Assembly: GCA_034530615.2 (NCBI GenBank)
Contig: JAVRCV020000043.1
Span: 42,404-106,403, forward strand
Source: Aulosira sp. ZfuVER01
GTDB taxonomy: Bacteria > Cyanobacteriota > Cyanobacteriia > Cyanobacteriales > Nostocaceae
Length of the DNA stretch: 64,000 nucleotides
Direction of reading: 5' to 3'
The translations under genes were made by a program, and so were the position numbers. Position 1 is the first letter of the stretch; each line of letters opens with the position of its first letter. The notes under the pieces are model-generated. The model was not told where the DNA came from. It saw only the letters and a program-made list of their open reading frames with translations, and did no database searches. This document shows, piece after piece, positions 32,538 through 43,509 of this stretch.

Positions 32538-32765
32538 TTATGAGTATTTGGATACTTTTAACAATCAGACCGATGGATTCTGACAAAAGTTTCTGGTAAA
32601 AATAGCATTTGTATAGAAATTAACTTAATTATTTAACAAAGAAGCAAATTCTCATAAAAAATTAAGGCAATTCTGCAAGCTTTCAGAATTACCCCAACTG
32701 TTGTATTCTGCATAAGTTCTTAGTGATTGGACGAAAACAAACTCCGCGTCCCTATGCGTTTACAT

Positions 32766-33068
32766 TTAAGCCCTAGATACTGGCTTCAAAAATAGCCATG
32801 CTACCAAAAATGTAGCGGCTGTGAATAGTTGCGTTAAATCCAAAGCAGACAGATAACCATCTGCAAAGGAAGCAATACTGCGATCTGTAATGCCAAATAA
32901 CCAAGATGAGAGGCCAAATAGCCAAATCCCATTCTTCAAATTACCCAGAACATCTTTAGAGTCGGATGGTTTCTGGTCTTCCACGATCTTCTCCTCCATT
33001 GGTGAAGAATTCATTGATACAAAATCCTTGTCAGAGTTTTTCACTCTTAACGCTGAATGTATATTCAT
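32766..33068 (-). CDS. Small membrane hypothetical protein
   Basis: 100 aa, two hydrophobic segments. Confidence 0.65.
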   Translation of the reverse strand: MNIHSALRVKNSDKDFVSMNSSPMEEKIVEDQKPSDSKDVLGNLKNGIWLFGLSSWLFGITDRSIASFADGYLSALDLTQLFTAATFLVAWLFLKPVSRA

Positions 33069-33559
33069 ATTAATAAATATTTCAGAGGATTGACTAAACC
33101 GCCAAAAGATACATATCTATTCTGTGACATTCCTCCTTTGGATCTGTTATCCCGGATAAACGGCAATAGCTTGAGTTAGGAAGGTTGTCAGCTGAAAAAG
33201 TGTGTTATTGTAATACAATATCTATACAAAAACTACATAAAAATTTATATTTTGATACAAAAAATCCTTAAAAAGATAGATGTATTTCTTAAAAACGTAG
33301 ATAGACAAGAAGGAAACAGGATCTAGATACCCAGTGTGTACTGTCTTCATCCCTCAACCTTCAGAGTTCTGCCTTTAGATACTGATTACCCCAAGACAGA
33401 ACTTAGTTAAATCAAAGAAGCGCCAAAACTTGAGTAAGTGAATTAATGTCCGAAAGCGAAAGGGATACAAGCCCCAGATCGCCACGCTTCGCTCGCGGTG
33501 CTACGCAATTTATTGATGAGAGTCTTTTATTTTGAATTTTGAATTCGGAGCAAAGCGAC

Positions 33560-34513
33560 GTGACTGCAATCCAGTTCCAAAATCTACCTAATCTACAACT
33601 ACCAAAAGGTTTCCTACCAGAGTTAGGGCTGGTTTGCATTACCTTTGACAAACAAGTACGCTTTCGGACAATGACGCGGACGCGCTATTTAAAACTCACT
33701 CCAGAACAACGGGAAAGCGCCCTCAGAGAACTGTATCAAAGTAACTTGCAGTGCTTGGATGGAGCATTATCTTTTTGTGAGAAAAACAAGATTAGGCTGT
33801 ATCGGATGTCCTCGGCTTTGTTTCCCTTGAGTGATATGGAAGACGAGGTTGGCGCAAATATTTTAGAAGAAATGAGCACCGATCTAGCGAAAATCGGACA
33901 GCGATCGCAAGCCTTAAATATCAGAATGGTGCTGCATCCCGATCAATTTGTAGTGCTGAGTTCTGATTCTCCCCAAGTATTACAAACAAGTATCAAAATT
34001 TTAGAACGCCACGCCCGGACACTAGACTTATTAGGCTTACCGCGATCGCCTTGGTCATTGATGAATATTCATGGCGGTAAATCTCAACGTACAGAACAAC
34101 TGGTAAAGGTAATTTCGGAACTACCCGAAGCAATTAAAAGCCGCTTAACCTTCGAGAACGACGAATACGCCTATAGCGCCAGTGAAATTTTAGCAGTGTG
34201 TCAGCAGGCTGGCGTGCCAATGGTCTTTGATGCCCATCACCATATTTGCCACGAAAATCTAGACAGCTACGACGATCCGAGTGTGGCTGAGATGTTTTAC
34301 GCAGCGCGAGAAACTTGGGAAAATCCAGATTGGCAATTAGTGCATATTTCTAACGGTGACACCGCTTTCAAAGACAGAAAACACAGCGATATGATTACCG
34401 CTATGCCCAGTGTTTATTATCAAGCACCGTGGATTGAAGTCGAAGCCAAACACAAAGAAGTGGCGATCGCTAATTTGCGCTCTTGGTGGTTAATAGAGAA
34501 TAATCACAAATAA
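33560..34513 (+). CDS. uvsE: UV damage endonuclease
   Basis: LGLVC, LYRMSS, HPDQF, ENDE, FDAHHH, EVEAKHKE motifs; GTG start inferred. Confidence 0.92.
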   Translation: MTAIQFQNLPNLQLPKGFLPELGLVCITFDKQVRFRTMTRTRYLKLTPEQRESALRELYQSNLQCLDGALSFCEKNKIRLYRMSSALFPLSDMEDEVGANILEEMSTDLAKIGQRSQALNIRMVLHPDQFVVLSSDSPQVLQTSIKILERHARTLDLLGLPRSPWSLMNIHGGKSQRTEQLVKVISELPEAIKSRLTFENDEYAYSASEILAVCQQAGVPMVFDAHHHICHENLDSYDDPSVAEMFYAARETWENPDWQLVHISNGDTAFKDRKHSDMITAMPSVYYQAPWIEVEAKHKEVAIANLRSWWLIENNHK

Positions 34514-34580
34514 GTAGTTTGTTGTAGGACATTTTCGCCGGGAAGTGTCCTGGACTTGGCGCGAAATAATAAATTAAGAT

Positions 34581-36179
34581 ATGGCGATCGCAATCGATTT
34601 TGGTACTAGCAACACAGTCATTGCTCGTTGGAACCCTGTCACCCAGCAGCCAGAAACCCTTAACATCCCTGGTTTATCAATTCAACAAAGTCTAAATCCG
34701 CCACTAATTCCCAGCTTGGTTTATGTTGAAGACGCAACCCAAGGTAAAGTTTTAGTAGGGCAACAAGTACGCGATCGCGGTTTCGATCTCAAGGGCGATG
34801 CGCGATTTTTCCGCAGCTTCAAACGCGGTATTGGCGCGGATATTCAAGGTTACTTACCCGAATTAGATGGGCAATTAGTCACCTTTGAACAAGTAGGTAA
34901 ATGGTTCCTCACCCAGGTAATTGCAGAATTAGCACCCCAACAAGGCGGGTTAGATTCTCTGGTTTTAACCGTACCTGTAGACAGCTTTGAAACTTACCGC
35001 CACTGGTTAGGACAAGTTTGCCAAGCCCTTCCCGTCGAACAAGTGCGGATGCTAGATGAACCTACAGCGGCCGCTTTAGGTTATGGTTTAGCAGATCAAG
35101 AAATTCTCTTAGTAATTGACTTTGGCGGCGGTACGTTGGATTTATCCCTGGTGCGCTTGGATAGAAGCGTGCAAGCAAATACCAAGCCTGTAGGATTTCT
35201 CCTGAAGTGGGGTAATAAATCCTTAGCGGAAGACTCCAAACAAAAAGTCAAAACCGCCCGTGTATTGGCGAAAGCTGGACAAAATTTGGGTGGGACTGAT
35301 ATTGATACTTGGATTGTCGATTATTTTGCCAAAACTCAAGAGTTGGCGGTAAGTCCTTTAACAACGCGACTAGCAGAACGAGTCAAAATTCAACTCTCAA
35401 CTCAAAACCAAGCCAGTGAAGTTTATTTTGATGATGAAAGCTTTGAGAGTTACGAACTCGAACTTAACCGCGACACTTTAGAAAACATCCTCAAAGAACA
35501 CGCATTTTTTCAGCGACTCGATGAGTCGATGACGAGTTTGTTACAGCAAGCACGACGCCAAGGAATAGAAATTGCAGATATCAATGCAGTATTGTTAGTT
35601 GGTGGTACTGTACAATTGCCAGCAGTGCAGACATGGGTGAAACAGTATTTTGAGCCGGAAAAAATTCGTTGCGAACGTCCCTTTGAAGCGATCGCTCAAG
35701 GTGCCCTGCAAATAACTCAAGGTATAGAAATCAAAGATTTTCTCTACCACAGTTACGGTGTTCGCTATTGGGATAAACGTAATCAACGCCACAGTTGGCA
35801 TCCAATTATTCGGGCTGGACAAGCTTACCCGATGAATCAGCCAGTAGAATTACTTCTCGGCGCATCCTTAGAAAACCAGCCCAGCATCGAGTTAATCATG
35901 GGAGAATTAGGTGCAGAGTCTGGCGGTACTGAAGTTTACTTTGATGGCGATCGCTTAATTACCCGTCGTCTGGATAATGGTGCAACCACTGTCAAACCCC
36001 TTAACGATAAAGAAGGCGCGAGAACAATAGCCCAACTCACACCGCCGGGATTTCCTGGGAGCGATCGCATTAAAATCCAGTTTCAAGTTGATGAGCAACG
36101 CTTTTTGCGAATTACCGTTGAAGACTTATTAACCAATGATACGGTGTTAGAAAATCAACTCGTAGCACAGTTGAGTTGA
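34581..36179 (+). CDS. Hsp70-family protein (non-DnaK)
   Basis: AIDFGTSNT, DEPTAAA, DFGGGTLD, LVGG motifs. Confidence 0.9.
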   Translation: MAIAIDFGTSNTVIARWNPVTQQPETLNIPGLSIQQSLNPPLIPSLVYVEDATQGKVLVGQQVRDRGFDLKGDARFFRSFKRGIGADIQGYLPELDGQLVTFEQVGKWFLTQVIAELAPQQGGLDSLVLTVPVDSFETYRHWLGQVCQALPVEQVRMLDEPTAAALGYGLADQEILLVIDFGGGTLDLSLVRLDRSVQANTKPVGFLLKWGNKSLAEDSKQKVKTARVLAKAGQNLGGTDIDTWIVDYFAKTQELAVSPLTTRLAERVKIQLSTQNQASEVYFDDESFESYELELNRDTLENILKEHAFFQRLDESMTSLLQQARRQGIEIADINAVLLVGGTVQLPAVQTWVKQYFEPEKIRCERPFEAIAQGALQITQGIEIKDFLYHSYGVRYWDKRNQRHSWHPIIRAGQAYPMNQPVELLLGASLENQPSIELIMGELGAESGGTEVYFDGDRLITRRLDNGATTVKPLNDKEGARTIAQLTPPGFPGSDRIKIQFQVDEQRFLRITVEDLLTNDTVLENQLVAQLS

Positions 36180-36343
36180 TTATTAGAACCACAGTTAACA
36201 ATTCAAAATTCAAAATTCAAAATGGAGGCCATTTGAAGTAGGGCATTTAAACCTTTTAATTTATGAGAAATACTAATGCGCACAGATATTTATCTGTGTG
36301 CATTACTGTACATCTGCGGTTGATTTTCCTCAATCCAAAATTA

Positions 36344-36817
36344 CTAAATAGTTGCATATTGCAGTACTCGTTTCCATTCCCAACGCCATGCAGTTTCTAC
36401 TACTAATTCTTTGCCGTTGGTGAATTTAATAAATTCTTGACCGTTATCATAAAATACATCGGCTACCAGGCGATTTCGTAAATCATTTCCCCACATTTTT
36501 GCAGCCGCATTCCACCATTTTTGCCCTGAAGATTGCAACATTGGTAGTTCAAGATATTCATCACACCATGCTACAGGTCGCCATTGCTCTTGCAGCGCTC
36601 GAATTAAAATTGCATTGGGAAAAATCTCTCGTTGATTTTCATGTAACCACAGCACATACTCAATCGTTCTTCTCAATGCATCTTCTAATCCAGAGGTACA
36701 ACTTTCGAGAGCATTTTGAACTTCCTCTTGGGACAAATTTACTCCAATAGCTACTAAAGCTCGTTCGTATTGCTTAAATATCTCATATTCAATTGAGTCT
36801 TTTTCCCAAAACCACAC
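36344..36817 (-). CDS. Hypothetical protein
   Basis: 157 aa Trp-rich ORF; GGAGG RBS before GTG. Confidence 0.7.
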   Translation of the reverse strand: MWFWEKDSIEYEIFKQYERALVAIGVNLSQEEVQNALESCTSGLEDALRRTIEYVLWLHENQREIFPNAILIRALQEQWRPVAWCDEYLELPMLQSSGQKWWNAAAKMWGNDLRNRLVADVFYDNGQEFIKFTNGKELVVETAWRWEWKRVLQYATI

Positions 36818-37081
36818 AGTTAATCAACCTCCAAATTAATTAACTTAAATACTCATTATTTTTATTCCTAATAATGGTTGGCAATGCCCACCCTACAATA
36901 CTAAACTAGGATTTTTATGATTTTTTCGGTAAATAAGTAAGATTAAAGTGCAATATGTAAAGTTTTGTGTAGTAGACGCCAGCAGTTAGCTGCGTAAGAT
37001 GTAGATTAAGTCCCATACAACAGTGAAACTAAGTCACATACAACAGTTAAAAGCTGTTTTTTTGACGGTTGAGAAGATCGC

Positions 37082-38239
37082 ATGACAAAAGAATCTGCTT
37101 TAGTTTCTGTTATTGTACCGGCTTACAATGCTGAGAGTTTTATTGAACGGACATTAGATTCTATACTAGCTCAAACTTACATAAATATTGAAGTTTTGGT
37201 TGTTGATGACGGTTCCCAAGATAGAACTGCTGAAATAGTAAAATCTTTTGTTGAAAAAGACAGTCGTGTAATTCTATTAACACAAAAAAATGCAGGGGTT
37301 GCCGCTGCTCGTAATTTAGCAATTGAAAAGTCTAGGGGTGAATATATCGCCCCAATTGATGCTGATGATATTTGGGCTACTCAAAAGCTAGAAAAGCAAG
37401 TGCAATGTATGTTAGAAGGAGATCAATCTCTAGGATTAGTCTACGCTTGGTCAGTCGATATTGATGAGGATGATGTAATTATTAAACTATTTAACAGTGA
37501 ACATCATAAGTATTTTTTCAGTATTGAGGGAACTGTTTACCCAGATCTAGTTTACACCAACTTTTTAGGCAATGCTAGTGTACCTTTGATACGCCGAGCT
37601 TGTTTGGAAAAAGTTGGTTTTTACAACTGCGAACTTAAAGCAAAGAATGCTCAAGGTTGTGAAGATTGGGATCTTTATCTGCGTATTGCTGAACATTATA
37701 AGTTTAGGGTAGTACGAGAATTTCTGATTGGCTACCGTCAGGTAAAAGGAAGTATGTCTCGTAACTATATAACAATGGAAAGGTCTTACAATCTGGTTTT
37801 GGCAGAATTTCGACAAAGGCATCCAGAAATTCCTACCTATATCTACAATTGGTCTGCTAGTATCTTTTACTTTTACTTATCAGAACCTAGCCAGGATTGT
37901 GGAGACTATTGGGATAGCCTAGTCTACGTATATAAATGCATAAAATTAGACTATAGTCAAATTTTTAGATTATTTGATAATCAGTATTTGATTAAAATTG
38001 GTTTAAAAATATTAGCTAAACCAATTATGTCTTTCATGGGACTTAAACATGACTATTGGTATCAATTTTTAAAAGAATTAAATAAAAAATATTTTAATAA
38101 TTTAGATAAAAACCCTGCTATTAAAATTTCCGATATTTCGCCAGAAACCACAAAAAATCAATACAAAATAGTGGGTTTTGGGCATAGAATTTATCGGCAA
38201 AGATGGCTGCAAATTTTGCAGTTTTGTCAAGCAGGATAA
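37082..38239 (+). CDS. Glycosyltransferase family 2
   Basis: VSVIVPAYN, VVDDGS, DADD, EDWD motifs. Confidence 0.93.
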   Translation: MTKESALVSVIVPAYNAESFIERTLDSILAQTYINIEVLVVDDGSQDRTAEIVKSFVEKDSRVILLTQKNAGVAAARNLAIEKSRGEYIAPIDADDIWATQKLEKQVQCMLEGDQSLGLVYAWSVDIDEDDVIIKLFNSEHHKYFFSIEGTVYPDLVYTNFLGNASVPLIRRACLEKVGFYNCELKAKNAQGCEDWDLYLRIAEHYKFRVVREFLIGYRQVKGSMSRNYITMERSYNLVLAEFRQRHPEIPTYIYNWSASIFYFYLSEPSQDCGDYWDSLVYVYKCIKLDYSQIFRLFDNQYLIKIGLKILAKPIMSFMGLKHDYWYQFLKELNKKYFNNLDKNPAIKISDISPETTKNQYKIVGFGHRIYRQRWLQILQFCQAG

Positions 38240-38554
38240 TTTTTTCGAGTCTCTATCTTTGGTAATATCTTCTAATTTGCTATTTTCAAATTTATTCTTG
38301 TCATGATTATTGAGCCTTTAGAGAGAGGTTTTCATATATTTCATTGTTTAAGCTGCAATAAATGTAGGGTTTTTGAGCTTACTTCATCGTAGCCAAACGC
38401 TTTTACCGCCAAGTCTCTAATTTAGATGGGAAATAAAAATGCGACTGAATTTTGTTCTATTTTGGGTCAGCCTATCATTCGTAGTTGTAGGATTGCTAAT
38501 GCTACTGCTCCAACCCTCAATCGATTTTCATTCAGCAGTAAGTTGAGGTAGTTT

Positions 38555-39070
38555 ATGAATTACATTGTTGCAGTTTTACCAGACCGGATGCAAGCTGAAG
38601 CGGCCTACTCTGCTCTAGAAAAAGAAGGCTTACAGAATAACCAAATTGATATTTTAGGTAGTGGCTATAAAAGCGCTGATGAATATGGGTTAATTAACCC
38701 TGAAAAACAAGCTCGTAAAGGAGCAGAACGCCTAATTTATTGGCTTGTACCCTTAGGATTTGTCGCAGGTTATACTTTCAATTTTTTAACAGGAATTGAA
38801 ATATTCCCGCCAATTGGTGCTTTTGGTAATCATATTATTGGTGGAGTTTTGGGAGCAATGTCTGGTGCTTTAGGTGCTTACCTTGTCGGTGGTGCTGTAG
38901 GTTTAACGGAAGGTAGTGGAGATGCTTTGCCTTATCGTAATCGTCTGAATGCAGGTAAGTATTTGATTGTGGTGAAGGGTACTGAAGAATTAACTCGTCA
39001 AGCAACTCGTGTGCTGCGTCAGTTTGAACCAGAAAATATTCAAGGTTATACAGAACCAACAGGTGCATAA
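38555..39070 (+). CDS. Conserved membrane hypothetical protein (general stress protein-like)
   Basis: Gly-rich TM hairpin; LPYRNRLNAGKYLIVV. Confidence 0.75.
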   Translation: MNYIVAVLPDRMQAEAAYSALEKEGLQNNQIDILGSGYKSADEYGLINPEKQARKGAERLIYWLVPLGFVAGYTFNFLTGIEIFPPIGAFGNHIIGGVLGAMSGALGAYLVGGAVGLTEGSGDALPYRNRLNAGKYLIVVKGTEELTRQATRVLRQFEPENIQGYTEPTGA

Positions 39071-39091
39071 ATTCTGAGTTACGAAGGATTT

Positions 39092-39123
39092 AGATTCCCG
39101 ACTTTTTAGAAAAGTCGGGAATT
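39092..39123. repeat. Palindromic dispersed repeat, possible terminator between convergent genes
   Basis: AGATTCCCGACTTTTTAGAAAAGTCGGGAATT; related copy at 60764-60796. Confidence 0.7.
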
Positions 39124-39139
39124 TTGCAGGCTATGAAAA

Positions 39140-42058
39140 TTAATGCGATAGGCCACTAGGAGGATGGCTACCCCGCTGGCGTTTACGGAGTCGTGCTTTG
39201 CGTAGTTCTTCTGCACCTAGTAAAATTGGTGGGCAGACTAGCAAAAATAACCATTGCCAAGGTGTTAATGGTGAAGTAGAGAAGATATGTCGCAGGGGAG
39301 CGATTTCAATAATTGCTAAAATCAACGTCCATTCTGTGGCAATTCCCAGCCAGATGAAAGGATTGGAAAAGAATCCTAATTTAAATATTGAAGTCCGTTC
39401 AGAGCGACAAGCAAAAACGTTGCCATCTTGACAGGCAACGATAATTGCTAAAGTCATAGTGGTAGCTTGGGCATAAATCAAGGCGATCGCTGGATCTGCG
39501 GTGCGAGAAAGAATTGCGGGAGCGATCGCTTGCAATGATGCCAAGTTGTAACCATAGCTTTGCCAAACCATGAAGAAGCCAATCATCCCCAATGTTGCTT
39601 CGATCAATCCTAAGAAACAGTAAGCACGCAAGAGCAAAGAGCGATCGAGGAGTTGTTTGGATTTAGCACGGGGTGGCAACTGCATTGTACCTGCTTCGGC
39701 ACGTTCGGCTCCCAATGCTAGGGCTGGTATGATATCGGTTCCCAAATCCACGATCAGAATTTGCATAATGATCAACGCTGGGGGAATTTTTAAGGCAACC
39801 ATTGCCAGAAATGGCACGAGTTCGGCAACATTGGATGCCAAAATGTAAGTCATAAACTTGCGAATATTCTGATATACAGAGCGCCCTTGCTCGATCGCCG
39901 CTACAATCGTGGCAAAGTTGTCATCTGTCAGCACAATGTCTGCGGCTTCCCTGGCGACATCTGTACCGTTCAACCCCATCGCAATCCCGATGTTGGCAGC
40001 ACGGAGAGCAGGCGCATCGTTCACGCCATCGCCTGTGACTGCCACTACTTCCCCGATATCTTTGTAAGCTTGTACTAAACGCAGTTTGTGTTCTGGTGAC
40101 ATTCGCGCAAAAACTAAACCAAAGCGATATTTGACAATTTGCCGTAGTTGTGCATCAGAAAGATGTCCCATGCCTTCACCTGTGACGACGCGCACTCGAT
40201 CGCTAACCAGACCGATGTTGCGGGCGATCGCTTCCGCAGTCAGTCCATAATCACCAGTCACCATTGTGACTTTGATACCAGCTTGATGACATTTGGCGAT
40301 CGCATCCCTCACTTCCTCTCGGGGTGGATCGAACATGGCCACCAAACCGATAAAAATCAGGTTTTGCTCTAAATCCTGTGCCTTGAGATCCAGCAACTCT
40401 TGGCTACCCCGGCGCGCCGCCAGCCCCAAGACGCGAAATCCCTGCCTAGCCAAATCATCATTCGCCTGCACAACATCATCCCAAGCCTCATGGCTTAATT
40501 CCTGCACCTCACCATTGTGCAGAACTGTATGGCAGTGCCTCAAAACTTCCAAGGGGGCACCTTTGGTAAATGCTAGATAGGGAGATGCATCTGGCCATAA
40601 CTCCGCAGCTTGCCAATTTAGCACCACTGTCATCATCCGGCGGCGGGAATCAAAGGGAATTTCCCGCAAGCGCGGTAACTGCTGCTGTAAATTTTCTAAA
40701 TTGAGTCCGGCTTTAGCCGCTACCACTAGCAACGCTGCTTCCGTCGGATCGCCAATTTCTTGCCAGCGGCTAGGAGCAGTGAGATGAACCAAGCGGGCGT
40801 TAGAACAAAGGGCAGAGCCGATGAGTAAAAGATTTGCTTTCCACCTTACAGTAGCATCTGATGGCAAATTGACCTTACCAATTGTGGGATCGTAGCCTGC
40901 CCCTGTGACCTCAATCAAGGCATTGGGACTAGAAGGATGAGACTGCTGAGGTAGCCACAAATAGCGCACTGTCATTTCATTTTTCGTCAATGTGCCTGTC
41001 TTATCGGTGCAAATCACAGTTGTGGCGCTCAGGGTTTCTACCGATGAAAGTCGCCGCACCAGGGCATTCCGCCGTGCCATCCGGCGCACACCGATCGCCA
41101 AGGATAAGGTGACAGTCGGTAATAATCCTTCTGGCACAAGTGCGACGATGATGCCAATGGCAAAAATGAAGCTTTCTTTGACCTCTATGCCCACTAAGAA
41201 GTACGCTAGCAAAAATACAAGAATTCCCATACTGACAGCGATCGCAGTGATGATGCGGACGATGCTGGCAACTTGAACTTCCAAAGTGCTGGGTTCCCGC
41301 TTTACCACTGTTGTCAAATGAGCTACTTGTCCAAACTCGGTTTGGGCGCCTGTAGCATAAACCACGGCAACGGCGCGTCCTGCTGCTACAGTCGAGCCTG
41401 CTAAAACAAGGTTGGCAATTTCCGATGGATTCACCCGTTCTTGTATCGGCTGTTCCCCTGGACGTAGCAAGGTTTTCCCGCCACGAATCGGCACTGCCTC
41501 CCGCAGTCGCACCGGGTAAGCACTTCGCCCCACAGGCAGAGACTCCCCCGTCATCACCGATACATCTAAATACAAATTATCGGCAGATACCAAACGTGCG
41601 TCAGCAGAAATGCGATCGCCTTCTTCTAGCTGCATGACATCGCCACGCACCAACTCCCGTGCGGGTATTTGCTTGAGTTCGCCATCCCGATACACTTTCA
41701 CCTGCATCGGCAATACTTTTTTCAAAGCTGCTAGCGCTTGTTCTGCTTGGAACTCTTGCCAAAAGCTAAAGATAGCGTTAATCCAGATTACTGCCCAAAT
41801 TGCCCAGCCGAGTTCAGGTGTCCGAGAAATAAACGCTAAAATCCCTGCAACCCATAGCAGCAAAGCCATGAAATGGGTCAATTGGTCGGTAAAACGCAGC
41901 CATAGGGGACGATGAGCCGGTTCGGGTAACTCGTTTGCGCCGAATTGTGCAAATCTTCGTTCGGCTTCATCTGCCGATAAACCATCAGTAGCGCTGCCTA
42001 GGTACTCATAAACTTCTTCTACAGGTAATGCCCAGATAGGTTGATGAGGAGATGCCAT
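39140..42058 (-). CDS. Cation-transporting P-type ATPase (type II)
   Basis: TGES, PEGL, DKTGT, KGAP, TGDGVND motifs; start set at MASPH because the ORF extension is repeat-derived. Confidence 0.93.
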   Translation of the reverse strand: MASPHQPIWALPVEEVYEYLGSATDGLSADEAERRFAQFGANELPEPAHRPLWLRFTDQLTHFMALLLWVAGILAFISRTPELGWAIWAVIWINAIFSFWQEFQAEQALAALKKVLPMQVKVYRDGELKQIPARELVRGDVMQLEEGDRISADARLVSADNLYLDVSVMTGESLPVGRSAYPVRLREAVPIRGGKTLLRPGEQPIQERVNPSEIANLVLAGSTVAAGRAVAVVYATGAQTEFGQVAHLTTVVKREPSTLEVQVASIVRIITAIAVSMGILVFLLAYFLVGIEVKESFIFAIGIIVALVPEGLLPTVTLSLAIGVRRMARRNALVRRLSSVETLSATTVICTDKTGTLTKNEMTVRYLWLPQQSHPSSPNALIEVTGAGYDPTIGKVNLPSDATVRWKANLLLIGSALCSNARLVHLTAPSRWQEIGDPTEAALLVVAAKAGLNLENLQQQLPRLREIPFDSRRRMMTVVLNWQAAELWPDASPYLAFTKGAPLEVLRHCHTVLHNGEVQELSHEAWDDVVQANDDLARQGFRVLGLAARRGSQELLDLKAQDLEQNLIFIGLVAMFDPPREEVRDAIAKCHQAGIKVTMVTGDYGLTAEAIARNIGLVSDRVRVVTGEGMGHLSDAQLRQIVKYRFGLVFARMSPEHKLRLVQAYKDIGEVVAVTGDGVNDAPALRAANIGIAMGLNGTDVAREAADIVLTDDNFATIVAAIEQGRSVYQNIRKFMTYILASNVAELVPFLAMVALKIPPALIIMQILIVDLGTDIIPALALGAERAEAGTMQLPPRAKSKQLLDRSLLLRAYCFLGLIEATLGMIGFFMVWQSYGYNLASLQAIAPAILSRTADPAIALIYAQATTMTLAIIVACQDGNVFACRSERTSIFKLGFFSNPFIWLGIATEWTLILAIIEIAPLRHIFSTSPLTPWQWLFLLVCPPILLGAEELRKARLRKRQRGSHPPSGLSH

Positions 42059-42106
42059 GATCTTCTTTCGGTGTTGGGTGAATGAGAAGGCAGAGGGCAG
42101 ATGGTG

Positions 42107-42206
42107 AGCCACTGCGGTGGACGGGTTCCCCGACATAAAGGAGGCAGTGCGTTGGGCGGCTTTGCCGACTTGAAGCAACTGCCGTCAAGTGACGAACCCG
42201 AAGGGC
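42107..42206. repeat. Nested small dispersed repeats
   Basis: AGCCACTGCGGTGGACGGGTTCCCCGACATAAAG [related unit 42141-42185] CAAGTGACG. Confidence 0.65.
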
Positions 42207-42458
42207 AGAAGGGGAAGAGGAAAGAAAAAGCCTTTAACCTTCCAAAACAGATTTACAGTTCAAAATGCTTAACTGAGTAGTATTGGAAGGGTAAGTTTTT
42301 TATCCTGGTTCACTGATTTTTAAATAGTTATATTTATTTTTGCATTTACATTTAATTGCAAAAGGCAGTTGAGAGGAAGGAATTTTCCCGACTATGCCTG
42401 AAAAATGTATATTTCCTTCTGCCTTCTGCCATCTGCCTTTACTCTCTGCCTTTATCGT

Positions 42459-42866
42459 TCACAATTTTATCTTGATTACATCCTCTAATAAACCCAAGTT
42501 TTCTGCTTGTTTAAATGCATCTTCTAAAGACATACCTTGTTTAGTGGCGATATACATTAATACCATTGCGATCGCCCGCACTGCACTATCACAATGAATC
42601 AACGTCGGCTTGGGCAGTTCGGCAATTTTATGAAATACCTGGAGTGCTATTTGCGGATTAATTTCTGTCAGCTTTGTAGGCAGATTCGCGTAATGTAATC
42701 CTAGTAATTGAGTATAAAGTTGCTCGCTGTCTTGAAAACCTTGTTCATCAGGCGATCGCAAGTTGAGTACAGATTTATATCCCTGCTGGGCAAGTTGTTT
42801 TAATTCTTCGGGAGCAATTTGTCCGGCGATCGCCAATTCATCGTTAATTTTTTTGATTGTATCCAT
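42459..42866 (-). CDS. DUF442 / beta-lactamase-hydrolase-like phosphatase-fold protein
   Basis: AGQI, GYKSVLNLRSPDE, HCDSAVRA (Cx5R). Confidence 0.82.
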   Translation of the reverse strand: MDTIKKINDELAIAGQIAPEELKQLAQQGYKSVLNLRSPDEQGFQDSEQLYTQLLGLHYANLPTKLTEINPQIALQVFHKIAELPKPTLIHCDSAVRAIAMVLMYIATKQGMSLEDAFKQAENLGLLEDVIKIKL

Positions 42867-43035
42867 CCCTCCCTCCTCCCTAGTTGTGAGTAATATATTA
42901 AAGAAGTTATATTATGTCCTTGAAATTATCGATCAGCAACAAAGAGATTTACTGCAAAACTGTGCTTTGTATAGCTAATATCTAGCTTTGAATAGCAAAG
43001 ACATAATATTCTTCCTTAATCCAACTCACTAAAAA

Positions 43036-43215
43036 TCAATAACGTTTATTTTTAGCAGGAGGGTCGCCTTCGTATGGTTGTACTCCTGACTCTGGATAGT
43101 TATCGTCACTTGGTCTAAAAGCTCTTGTGGCCGAGCTATAAATAGAGTCAATTACCCCAGCTATCGGTGTGATAATTGTGCGTAGTGTTTCTCTCATTTT
43201 AGTTTTAAAAGACAT
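43036..43215 (-). CDS. Small conserved hypothetical protein
   Basis: FRPSDDNYPESGVQPYEGDP motif; GAGGAG RBS. Confidence 0.7.
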   Translation of the reverse strand: MSFKTKMRETLRTIITPIAGVIDSIYSSATRAFRPSDDNYPESGVQPYEGDPPAKNKRY

Positions 43216-43286
43216 AAATTTTCTCCTCAATTAATCAAAACTTGTATTTGAAACTTTACTAACCCAAACTAGCGAACATTAGAGCG

Positions 43287-43472
43287 TTACTTATTCCAGC
43301 AATCTTCTAATATCTGAACCGAATCAAGATGCCAACAACGCTCTAGTAGCTGGATTTTGTAATCGTTCCAAAACTGGAAAGGATTTAAAACAGTTGTTTT
43401 ACTAAAAACTGGCTGTTTGAGAAATAGCCATAATGGAAAGTGAAGTTTTATTGAGTAAGTTTTAGTCAGCAT
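43287..43472 (-). CDS. Small hypothetical protein
   Basis: FPLWLFLKQPVF and repeated LERCW/LEDCW; co-oriented within the cluster. Confidence 0.6.
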   Translation of the reverse strand: MLTKTYSIKLHFPLWLFLKQPVFSKTTVLNPFQFWNDYKIQLLERCWHLDSVQILEDCWNK

Positions 43473-43509
43473 GGTAATTTCCAATATGGTGATATATAGG
43501 TTGAATATT

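Noticed and set aside
42059..42178. N-terminal extension of the P-type ATPase ORF
   Set aside because: Translated from the nested dispersed repeat; ATG 42058 is the more plausible start
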